Notes under the pieces: generated by a model
What the model saw: only the letters and a program-made list of their open reading frames with translations
What the model was told of the DNA's origin: nothing
Databases searched by the model: none
Program-made: the position numbers and the translations under genes
Assembly: GCF_006345805.1 (NCBI RefSeq)
Contig: NC_043002.1
Location: 56,234,001-56,298,000, forward strand
DNA: 64,000 nucleotides
Reading direction: 5' to 3'
Origin: Octopus sinensis
Lineage: Eukaryota
Part shown: one piece after another, positions 42,501 through 55,500 of the stretch
How positions within the stretch are numbered: the stretch's first letter is position 1
How the letters are laid out: each line of letters opens with the position of its first letter

Positions 42501-45500
42501 CCAGACTTCTGTGTTTGTTTTGGCATGCTTTTCACAGCTGGATACCCTTCCTAACACCAACCACCCAGAAGAATGGACTACAGGGACGGAAATGGCTATC
42601 TGCAAGTGTGAACGCTGTGAGTCAGAATGACTTCCAGAGCATCTCCCTCGCCATTTTCCATGTTGGGACGATGAAATTGTATGACAAGCCTTTTTAGATA
42701 TTGCTCTGCTGTAAGGAAGACAATAGATATAATGATTTAGGCAAAGCCTTACACATCATTTCTATAAGAAATAGCTTCTACATAAGGTAAGGTTGACAAT
42801 GAATCAATAGGAATGTGTGTGTGTGTGCATGCTTTAATATAGAATTCTGAACTTACCTGTTTTGAAGACTTATGTGGAGGGCTGACACTGCCATCTAAGG
42901 ATGGGTGGAGGGATAAAAATTCAGCTGCTACAAAACAAAACAACAGAGTATAAGTTTAACACCATACAGTGGTGGTCGTAACAATTCAATAAGAACAACC
43001 ACAACAACCACTATGTTTCCTCAACACAGCAGCACTGATGCCAGGAGTGGTTGCAGCTACTTTAAATTAATTAACCTTTATCAAATTGACACAAATCAGA
43101 ATTAAGTTTGCTTTGCATTTGTTTCAGGTAAGGAAGTTTACAATAACTTCTTCATTTTAAACTATTCTTTTCTTCTTTTACTTGTTTGAGTCATTTGACC
43201 GCGGTCATGCTGGAGCACCGGCTTTAGTCAAACAAACCAACCCCAGGACTTATTCTTTGTAAGTGTAATACTTATTCTGTCAGTGTCTTTTGCCAAATAG
43301 ACACACAAACACACACACATATATATATGTATACGATGGGCTTCTTTCAGTTTCCATCTATCTATCAAAGCCCAAGGCTATAGCAGAAGACATTTGGGCA
43401 AGGTGCCACGGAATGGGACTGAACCCGGAACCATGTGGCCACAGAAGGAATATTTGTTGAGCCCGTTTGGAAAGTTCATCTAACATTAATAAATGTAGGA
43501 TTCCAGACAAAAGGGTCCAGCTAATGTGGAGGGTCTGGTAGTCCATAATCACATTGTTTTTTCCATGTGTATTTCCTGCTGCTGGATACGCTGAGGTGCT
43601 AGAGACAGTTGCTAAACCCTGGATGAAGTACACAGTGGAATGCCATATGTGTTTCAATAAGATTGAAAACTATTTCACAAAGCCTGTGTAACTCAAAAAT
43701 GGATGTCAGACAATCTTTACAATGATCTAACACCAGACTTGTATTCTCTAACCCTTTCGTTACTATATTTCTGACAAAAATACACCCCTCATGAGTTTCA
43801 GTTAAATTCTAAAATAATCATGAATTTAGACTAGCTTCATTAAACAACTGTAACTTTTTTACTTATCAACATATTAATGTGATATTTGGAACATAGTTAA
43901 AGAAAGGATTCTTAATCAATTCTATTGCATAACCTTTGTCTCAAAGTGACTCTAATTACAGGTAAATCCAGGTAAACTGAGCAAAAGGTTAAAATATTAA
44001 AATTTTGTTTAAACATCACCATAGAAAATGAATCATCAGCTAAAATTCAATCGGGTATGCAACAAAATTTTGATATAGAAGAATTGTGCACATCACTAGA
44101 TTATCATATTTCTGTATCCAAAAATGAAAGCAGCGATTCTGAAGAAACTGAAACTTAAAGCTTTAATGCACAACAGAACAGGTGTACCATAAAGGTGAAA
44201 TAAACTGAAATACTGGAATCCATCTAAATCTATCACAAGCTTGACCGAATTAAAAAAAGTTGGTCAAAAAGTAATATATGGCCCTGGTTATGGAATAGAA
44301 GTGATAAATTCCAGACCACATCGTACCCTAGGCCATGCTAACTAACATTATTTTCCCTGTATAAAAACTAAATCCACAGCAGTACCCAGTATTTGCTTCA
44401 CAAATTTTCCAAACTTTGATCCCTCATTTCATGGGCTTTCCTGGCATATACTGTTTGTTTAGATTCTGCGTAATAGTTTGTTTCCGCAGTGATCACTTCA
44501 AACAAACATACTGAAAAAAATAAAAGTCTAATGGTTTCGCTTCCTAAGAAAGACTATGGATTAACCACATCTCTTCAGAAAAGTTGCTAATAAAAACATT
44601 TTTAAAGTTTTTACTTCATTCTGATGTAAAATGTCTTTGCTATCGCTATTGCCACTTTCGGTTTCTTCAGAATTGTTGCTTTCATTTTTGGATACAGAAA
44701 TATCCTATTCATTATTGTACACCACGTGCTTTTGTACCTCATTCATTCTTTTTCTTAATATCTCCATATTTTCCATTGAAAAACCTTTAAATTCACAATC
44801 ACTGCTTGATAGCATGAAACTCCTATCCATTTTCAAAAGTGAAAATAAAAAACAAATCGATGCCAAAAAAATGTGGGAAAAAATCTCCCAAAATTCACTG
44901 AGTTCAGATATCACGTCAAGCAATGTCGGATATTATGACTCAACTACTTACAAAGTGAAATCACGTATTTTCCCAAATGTACTAACAAGATTTGTGCTTA
45001 AATTCACATTTAAATAACAATGGGTACTCTCGGCTGGCTATGGCCAAAAAAAATTTTTTCAGCCAGCTACAGCCAGGTTAGTGTCAAAAAGGTTAAACTT
45101 GCTCTAAACTTCCACGGACTAATATACTTGGAGCATTGTTGAAAGGGAGACTAATCAACATCCCCACAATGTCATTGCTTCTCTGAGGGCCACCCTCATC
45201 CAATTGATTTCTGAAATGTCTAAGGACCATTTAGTGCCAATATATCAATAGTTCTGGTTCTGCACTGAAGCAGTCATCCAAGCTAAAGGTAGATTTTATA
45301 GAAAAGCTTATCAAGAACAGATGCACAAATCTTTATTAAGATATGTTTGGTTTTTGCAAGATTAGAGTTGTTTTATTATTCAATATGTTCTCAAAAATCT
45401 CTTGTACATATATCAAATTCTTTCACTATACATTTACAATCCACGAACCAACACACCATTCTACTATAGGAAGTATATGGTCAGTTTCTCCTACAGCCTG

Positions 45501-46476
45501 GTAGTGTGTGCATATAACATTTCCTTTTCATCATTCTCTCCCCCCATACTTCCTTACACTTATCTTCTTCAATAAACCAAGAATACAAATAATTAAAGCT
45601 GGAAATTTAAAAACCTTTTAGACTTGTTCATTTAAGTGTTTATATAAAACAAAATATATTTGAAATAAATAATCTCTTATTCTTACCATATTCACAGAAT
45701 TTGCTATGATCCAACTTGTTCCATTCCACTAATTTTTCACCTATGGAGAGACACAGGAGCATGTTATAGTTTCATCTTAAAAGATATAAAACTATAAGCA
45801 AAGACAAATCACAATTTTAGAATGTTAACCCTTTCAAGTCCATGTCTGCTGGTGGCATGTGCAGTAATGTAGGCACCGCTGGTTTGCAGTGGTTTTATTT
45901 CCACTATGAGCTGCCCTTTTATGAGACAAACTGGAGTGACAAGGAAGAAATATGATTTGGATCGCATTATATCATAGCTATTAACATACCTTTCACTGTA
46001 GTAGCCTTGGGTCGCATTGTGATATTTCAAATTGTTAAGGCAGCTCAGGACTTGAAAAGGTTAAACAGACATTCTAGATAAGCAATGAAAAAAACAACTT
46101 CATAGAAATGGACAGAAACATTTTAAGGTCTTTTATGATGTAATAACTTTCAATAATGTTCCACTTTTCTTTCAGAGCAGCAAAACATACGCAAACAAAC
46201 ATGCACTATGACTAATCACCAGAATCATCATCATCATCCAACATCTGCTTTTTCATGCTTGCATGCATCAGACAGAATTTGCTTAGGCAGATTTTCTATG
46301 GCTGGATGCCTTTCCAATTGCCAACCTGCATTTGTTTCCAAGAAAGTAATATTTCCTTTGGCCAGAAATGTTTTCCAGTGAAGACTGAAAATAAACAGCA
46401 TCACTTCTATGATGATAATGATGATGTTCATTTACAACCATCACGCCAACACAAGGGTAAACACACACAGTGTGTG

Positions 46477-46527
<51 letters not shown>

Positions 46528-49500
46528 AGCTTGTACACACACAATGGCTTCTTTCAATTTTTGTCTACCAAATCCACTGGTCAAAAGGCTGGGGCTATAG
46601 TAGAAAAACACGAACTCAAAATGCTGTGCAGTGGGACTGAACTTGAGACCACATGTTTGGGAAGCATGCATCTATCATCATCAAACCTCCTCTTCCAAAT
46701 TGTCTCGTTATACAAACGTTAACTAAGACAATCACCAAAGCAACTATTCTGAACATTGTACAATGTCAAAGCAGATTTCAATGAATGCTCGATAGTTTCA
46801 TATTTGGATATTCTCTTCTACACTTAGCACAAGGCCCGAAATTTTGGGGGAGAGGGGTCAGTCAATTAGATCAACCCCAGTATGCAACTGGTACTTTATC
46901 GACCCCGAATGGATGACAGGCAAAGTCGACCTCGGCGGAATTTGAACTCAGAATGTAAAGTCAGACAAAATACCGCTAAACATTTCACCCAGCATGCTAA
47001 CGTTTCTGCCATAACTGGATACTCAACCGTACACACCCAATAAAGATATTTTAGTGAGAAAATATTTTGCCCAACATACACACATTCGTTTTTGAGACTA
47101 CTCCAATCTCAAATTATAAAGAAACATACATATAAAAAGACACCAAAACAAAAACAGCTATTTTATATTGCTGGCTCTTTTGCTTACCTGTTTGAGGATC
47201 AAGAATGGCAATGTATGGCCAAATATTCACTTTATAAAATTGCATATATTTGCGACCCTCTTCACTGTCGTGATATACCTAGCATCAAAAGAAAAGATAA
47301 CATCATTATTGATTGTTGTTTATATTTTAAATAAAGACAAGACGACAATGTCCTAGCCTGCTAAGTGCAGGGCCATTGCTGGAGCCAATATATTAGAAAA
47401 ACAAACCTATATAAAAAATACATGCAACATATCATGACAAACTTAATTGTGCATCTGTATCATTTCCTTAAAAATATATAGGTTGTGCTCCACAACCCAA
47501 CCCCCATCCCTTCTTAATGTATTGCAACCTATCACCTCCTCCTCCTTCACTCCTAAAATGAAATGTGCCATTAGCCAAAGCCGCCACCACCATGTTCGAC
47601 CCAGGCGATAAGAGGCACTTGCCCAAGGTACCATGCAGTGGGACTGAACTTAAAACCATATGGTTGAGAAGCAAACTTCTTAACGACACCCATGCCTGTG
47701 TCACTAACACAGAACTAAATCCTACACCCTCAACAACTAAACCTGCAGACTGGAGAACAGCGATAATCTGCCCAATTTTCAAGAAAGGGAGCCGCGAAGA
47801 CTCGCTTAACTACCGACCGGTTTCCCTTACATCAATAATCAGCAAGATGTTCGAAACCATCCTTAAGAAAAGTATGATGCTCCACCTCCTAACCACAGCC
47901 TCGATCACTGATTCCCAACACGGCTTCGTGCCGAAGAGATCATGCTTGACCAACTTACTAGTAATGGAAGAATTGGTGACGCGCACCCTCGATGATAGTG
48001 ATGCTGTTGACATCGTTTTATTGGACTTTGCCAAAGCTTTTGACTCGGTAAACCACCGCCTACTACTTGTCAAGCTTCAAGCATATAGTTTCCATCCGGA
48101 TATTGTACGATGGGTTGGTGCCTTCCTCTCAGATCGCTCCTTCCAAGTTCAAGTTAATGGTTCGCAGTCCGACGTCTCCAGTGCAAGCAGTGGCGTGCCT
48201 CAAGGTTCAGTGCTTGGGCCCTTGTTGTTCTTAGTCTTCATAAATGACTTGCCCGACGACCTCACGCAACACACCCTTCTATTTGCCGACGATATCAAAC
48301 TGGTCGCTCCTCGCGGTAGTATAGAGGATCTTCGACGATGCCTCCACCAAATTTGGAAGTGGTCTAACGATTGGGACCTGTGTCCGAACGTGTCAAAGTG
48401 CTGTCATCTGCCTGTCGGCTCTACTCCTGCAACTCAACTTGATTTCAAGCCGGGTCGCCTGCTGCTGGAGAGGACCGATCAGGTAAAGGACCTGGGTATC
48501 TTGGTGGATTCCTCCTTTTCGCCTTCGGCCCAGTGCGTCCATGCTGCCAACAAAGCGCGCGGAATTCTGTTTTTGATTCGACGGTCATTCGGAATGCTCA
48601 CAGCAGCCATATTCCTGCCACTCTATGTCACGCTGATGAGACCCATATTGGAGTATGGGATTCAAGCCTCTTCTCCTTATCTCCTCAAAGACATACAGCA
48701 CCTCGAAAGAGTCCAGAGGCTGGCTACCCGCATGGTTCATGGTCTCAAAAATTTGTCCTATGAAGAAAGGCTGAGGACGCTCGACCTTTATTCTCTTGAA
48801 AAACGCCGCCGCCGTGGTGATCTCATTCTCGCCCACAACATCATAAGCGGGAAGTGTAACCTCTCGAAAGAGCTGTTCTTCACTCCTGCTCCGGAGCGTC
48901 GGCTGCGGGGTCATTCCGAAAAGCTCTACCTGCGACGATTTCATCTCAATCGAAGGAGAGGAGCTTTCTCCGTCCGGGTTGCAGATCCGTGGAACAAGCT
49001 GCCAGACGAGATGGTGAAGATGCCGACGACCGCTTTGTTCAAAGCCTCCCTGGAGCTCAAGTGGCCTGAACTCTTTACATGAACACCACCCTGTACTTAA
49101 CTCCATGTCCCCCTACATGGCCTTGCTATTTGCTTTTGAGCCAAATTAACTAACTAACTAACTAACTAACTAAACCAATACAGGCCTACTTCAACCATAT
49201 CTCCCTCAAATCACACTAAACTGTCTTAAAAATAGGACTATCTATCTATAATGTATTAAAAGTCAGCTTGAATCTTGTTTGCTTGCCTGCAATGTTAACC
49301 AGCCAAACTGGTGCATAATGGGGAAAATACTATGAATTAAGTTTCACCTGAAATATTAATACGAATGGAATAAAATAAGTTTCATGTAAATCAGACAAGT
49401 AGGTTTTTAAGATATTGGGGGTTTTCGGGGTTTAAATACTCAAAATGGTGCATAATAGGAAAACATTCTGAAGATAACTTAATCCTAAGAGGGAAGAAAC

Positions 49501-52500
49501 GCTTACCTTTTGATTAGACACTGACTTAATGAAAAACTACAATATATCTTTTACAGTAAATGTTTCTATTTTCGCTTTTGTTAAACAATATTTTAATCAT
49601 TTAGAAATATTTTTAAGTAGATGTGATTTCAAAAATGTAAATTGTTTGCACAGTAAGACAATATTTTAATGCTTTTTTAAAATTATTTTCAAGTAAATAC
49701 CATTACAAAAATTTTATTTGGCATACTTAAAAAATATTTTGAAGTGAAAAATGACTTTAAAAATACATTAAATATTTCATAAAAGACTCATTCGTAAGCT
49801 TGGAGTGAAAATTTTTTCCATAGGTTTTTTTTTTTGAGTGCATTCAATGTATCTCACCACCAAAGATTAGGCTGCTATTTCTAGCACACCCTACTACCAT
49901 GTAACATCTATTTGCAATAAAGGACCTAAAATACTAGTTATGTGGTAGCAGGGCGTGCAAGAAATAGCAGCCAAATCTTTTTTTTTTCTGAGGAAAGGAG
50001 CCATTTACGCGTGATTTTGATTTCACATTCGTTAAAAGCATGCGAAATAACCCAGAAAAGAAAAAAAAATCAACAGAACAAAACTCCATTGCTGAGAAAT
50101 TTAAGACTTTCCCGGTGACCCAACGGGTCACGGGTAGTCTAATACACTATTAAAAGTGAAGTTGAATTTTGTTTGCTTGCAATGTTACACAGCCAAACTG
50201 GCGCATAATAGGAAAATACTTGGAAAGTAAAGTGCTCTTGAAATGTGGGTGGAAACAGAATAAAATAAGTTTCGCGTAAATTGGACCAGTAGGTATTAAG
50301 ATATTCAAGGTTTTGGGGTATAAATACCCAAATTGGTACATAATGGGAAAATACTCTGAAAATAACTTAACCCTGAAGGGAAGAAACTCTAACCTTTCCA
50401 TTAGACATTATGATAAGCAAAATATTTTAAGTGAAAATGATTTTAAAAATACAGTAAATATTTTGTAAAAGATCCATTCGTAACCTCAGTGTGAAATAGC
50501 TTTTTCCATAAGTTTCTTTTAAGTGCATTCATGGTATCTCACCTCCAAAGATTTGGCTGCTATTTCTAGCATGCCCTGCTACCACATAACAGCAATTTAT
50601 GGTATAGGACCCGAAATGTGTTACGTGGTAGCAGGGCGTGCAAGAAATAGCAGCCAGATCTTTCCTTTTCTGTGAAAAGGAGCCGTTTACATGTGATTTC
50701 AATCACACATTCACTGAAAGCATGGGAAAGAAAAAACAGCCCATGAAACAAAACTGTTGCTAGGAAACTCAGGCTTCTCCAGTGATCCAACAGGTTACGG
50801 GTTGTATGAGATAAAAGCATTCCAAACATACATCTACAGTTACAGGATCTTCGCAATTGGGATACCTCTTGTCCTAAGTCTGTTTAATCAAGACACACTG
50901 GCCTGGCTCTCAACTAAAAGATGACAAACTATCTCTATTCAACATAGCTATTGTTTAGCAATGAGGTAATGACATCCATCACAGCCTCTCTTAATATTTT
51001 CCACCCTATTTCACAAGCCTCTTTCTCCAGGTGCTTTGTCAGGATACCCACCCCACTATCTTGATATTTCATTCTGATACCAAATACTATCACATACATC
51101 ATTTTATTTATATATATATATATATTTGTGTATGTGTGTGTGTGTGTGTGTGTTTTACCATGTAAGTAACATATTGTCTGTAAATCCCAACATTCTCAGA
51201 TCTAACCTTACCGTTTCTTCTTGGCCATTCTATTGGACTGTCAGATAAATTCAGTCATTTCTTTCCAAAGTTACTTGAATTAAAACAAAAACATATTTTT
51301 AATCAGTGTTTTGTGGGGTTTTTTTGTAGCTGTAATCTTCCTCTCCAACTTTTGAATATTTCGAAAAACACTGGAAAATTAAATTTGCGGGAAGAAAATG
51401 GCCATATTTATCTGACAACCTAACGCCATCCATTATTACACACATATGCTCATGATATATTTCTGTTCTATTAACCCTTTAGCACTTAAAACCAACCACA
51501 TCTGGCCCAAATAGTCTATTTTATGTTCAAAACAACCAGATCACATTACCTGTACTAAGAAATTCTGAAAATAAACCATCACACCATTTAAATCTCAATG
51601 CTACAAGGATAAGGCAGGATTAATTGAAAACAATGTGAATAAATAGGGATTAGATTTGAGAGAAATCTGAATGCTACAAAGTTAAACCTCTCACATCCAT
51701 CCTTCATATAATTCTTTGATATTAAAATTTTTTTATATACCCAGGCCTATTCCCCACTTTTTTAGCAAGGGGTAGCCACAAGAAAGTAGTAGGGTGAGAA
51801 TTGGTGTTAACCTTCTCCCACTCCTTTGTTTTGTTTTTTGTTTTTTTGTGTCGTTTTAGGAATATTGAAATTACTAGGAAGAGTGGATTCCCTGTCCCTT
51901 TTAGTCGCCTCTTACACCATGCAGGGAACACATATTAAAACAACCAATAACATTAAATATTTACCTGCCACAATATGAAATGCTCCTTCACAATATTTCG
52001 AACAGCACTATTACTCCAGACATCTCGGTTGAGAGTTTGGCAAGCAAATTCCTGAACATTTTGAATGTTAACCATCAACCATCTGTTTTGGTTGGTTCCT
52101 TCTTCCCGGGCCTGATGCAACAAGAAAAACATATTCACCATCACCAACATCATCTTTAAAAAGTTTTTTCACATTTCAATATTACTAATAGAATTCTGGA
52201 CAAAAATCTCAGAATTATTTTTAGTTCCCTTCTTCTACGTTCCAAGTTCAAACCGTATTGGGATCAGTTTGCCATATGGTATAAAATAAGTGCCAGGCAT
52301 TTCATTGGGGTAAGAGGGGTTGGGGGAGTCAGATTTTTTTTTTTCTTCACTTGCTTAAGTCATTAGACTGCAGCCTGGTACTTAATCTATTGGTCTCTTT
52401 TGCCAAACCGCTAAGTTTTGGGAATGTAAGCGCACCAACACCAGTTGTCAATCAGTGGTGGGTGACAGACACAATGACACACAATGGGCTTCTCTCAGTT

Positions 52501-55500
52501 TTCATCTACCAAATCCACGCAATGCTTTGGTCAGCTATAGAAAACACTTGCCCAAGGAGCTACAGTGAGACTGAACCCGAAACCACGTGGTTGGGAAGCA
52601 AACTTCTTGCCACTGGTGTCAGACATCTATATGCAAGAAAATACGTGCCAGGCATTCCATAAAGGAGATGGGGGGGGGGGTATTTCATCAAGACTAACCA
52701 GATACTAGTCTATATATGAATTTGCACCAAAGCAAGTGGAAGTGACACAAATAGTAAGCCATGATTCTTTTGGTAAGAAATCAAGTTGGTTAAGTCTGTG
52801 CGAGTCTATGCAATTACCTGTGCAATTCTATGCAATTCTTCTGTGGCCCTTCTTGATCAAGTCAGCTTCTTAAAATACCTACTTTGATCATCCAACTAAA
52901 CTGGCTGCTACTACTGCTCTTACAATCCATATATGTCATTCCTCTCATCAAGAGGTTAGTTTAGACTAGAGATTTTTCATATGCAAGAAGTGATGTCAGC
53001 CACGATCTACAACCTAGTGAAAATGAACTCATAGTCTACAAAGAGCAGAAGTAATTAACACATATAGATCCATTTAGAACTTCAATTTTAATACAACTGA
53101 GTAAGATAGTCAATTTATTCTCTGAAGATTAAAAGGGGGGGGGGGATTATCCAAAATTCCAATGGTTAATAATTTTCATGCAATTTCATTCACTATTAAC
53201 TCACAAGGAGCATTCAAACAATAATGTATTCCTTCTTAGTACGTTCTGGCAGATTCAAACATGGATAATTGAGTGCTATTGTTTTGCTGCATCAGATTCT
53301 CACTCTTCTGTGTGCACCCCATCATCATCATCGTTTAATGTCCATTTTCCATGCTGGCATGGGTTGGACAGATTGACAGGAGCTGGCAAGGCTGGAGAGC
53401 TGCACCAGGTTCCAATTGTCTGTTTCGGTATGGTTTCTATGGTTGGATGCCCTTCCTAATGCCAACCCCTTTACAGAGTGCACCAGGTGCTTTTTGCGTG
53501 GCACCAGCACAAGAGCTTTTTACATGGCATGAGCAGTATATGTGTTATATATAAAACCAGTATAATATTGTAATATACAAAGCCAGTCTAGTAAAAGTTT
53601 GAACAACACTTACACTGGCAAAAGTTCCCTTAAATATGAGATCAATAGGGGGCCGAAACAGATCTTCCAATGTTTGGTGTTTTGATGTTATTGTGGAACT
53701 ACGATGTAGCATCTCCTCCTGCTGACCTAAAATGGAAAAAAAAAAACTCAGTAAATTAAGCATATAATTGGAAAGAGAGAGAGAGAGAAGAAAACTGAGC
53801 AAGTTGGAGATAGAAATAGCTATGACCTATGATGGAGATAAGGCAAAAGGAGTTGCTACTGGCTGTCTGTAGGTTACGATGAAGAGTGTTCCAGTTGATC
53901 CAATCAATGGAACAGCCTGCTTATGAAATTAACACACAAGTGGCTGAGCACTCCACAGATATGCGTACCCTGAACATCGTTACCAGGGAGATACAAAATG
54001 ACACGAAATATGATACAGCTGGCTCTTTGAAGTACCACTTTTGCCAGCTGAGTGACCTGGAGCAACATGAAATAAGGTGTTTTGCTCACTCAAGGACACA
54101 ACACACCACTGGGAATGGAACCAACAACCTTTAGGAGTAAAAAGTAATGGCTAACAGAAGTAACCCGTTCACTTATATTGTACAAAACAACCCCAAAAAG
54201 AGACAAAATATCACAATACATAGACTGTGTACATGTTTGTATCTTTTACTGCAACTAGCCTGGGGCACCACCTTCAAGGGTGTCATCAAACAAAACAACC
54301 CAAGCACCTTTTTTATATATATTTCTTTTAATCTGGTATTTATTCTATTGGTCTCTTTTGCCAAACCGCTATGTTATGGAGATGTAAATAAACTAACAAA
54401 ATGAGCAAAGAAAAATAAGGTTATATTAAATAACATACAAAAATGTTGATTTATTGAAATAATTTCTGCTTACAGAGAAGATAGACCAACCCACTTGGTA
54501 ATTGATACCAACTTCAAGTAAAGGGAGATAATCAGCATAGGGGTTGCCTTACTTTGTGTCCAACAGAACGAGATACTTAAACGTGTACAAAATAATCGAA
54601 GACATGACATAATTTGCAGAAAGGACATGAAAATTAGCTATGAGACGATGGGAATGAAGACTAGACCCTTATGGATAAATCCATGATTGATATGTAGAGA
54701 AGGAATAAATAGGAATTTCATATAATGTAGCCAATTGTATTGACTTGTAGGAGCAAAAGAGCCGTAGTGAAATAAAAGACAATCTAACAAAGAACGGTAG
54801 ATTTCACAAGAGGCAAACATGCGAAGAGCACATACAAGATAATCTAGGAGCAGTTTAAAGCTTCTGTTATTTAAAGGACTTAATTAGCATTGAAATAAAT
54901 AAATTACATGAAATCCTCCAGACCATCTAAGCGGACAGTAACTCCAAGAACCAATTCAGACTGTGCTAGTATATCTGACCAGTGTCAGCTTGGAAAGTAG
55001 ACATAAAATGATAATGGCAAAATTGTTCCAACAGGGATTTACAAAAACACTAGATGCATTTCAACATTCTTCAGCTTTGTCAATGATGTGTATTCATTGT
55101 GACATGCTCAGGGTTTCTATAGCCAGCTGCCTTTCATAACACCAACCACTGTACAGAGTTTATTGGCTGCATTTTATTATGGTGGCAGAATGAAAGAAGT
55201 TTTTAATATCCTCAACAAAACTAAAAGAGTTTTACTGAGCATGGTGCTTGTTTCTGCCTATTCACAACCTTATATGGTCAACATAAACCTACACGTATTC
55301 TTGTATTGACTTCTACATATAATGCACAATTCAAAATTTCACTTTCAAACAGTGACAACATATAAAAAACTCCCCTAAAGAAAAGTTTTAAATTAGTAGA
55401 ATAAACCAAGACAAAAAGAAACAGAAGAAACTTCCAAACTATTTCCCTATTTCTGCTATTTTAAACATTGATATAGAACCAAACTGAAGCATCAACAATC

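Noticed and set aside
47565-49082. RT as part of a retron, DGR or group II intron system
   Set aside because: The motifs, C-terminal domain, (TAAC)n tail and TSD are those of a CR1-clade LINE. The listed start at 47565 is a GTG two codons after a stop.
48585-49106. Antisense ORFs over the CR1 and over the UBXN7 exon at 40453-40832
   Set aside because: They are shadow frames of real coding sequence with no independent features.
54480-54900. SINE-free purine-rich stretch as a hidden exon or LINE remnant
   Set aside because: No recognisable open frame, motif or splice pair was found, and the UBXN7 model needs no exon here.
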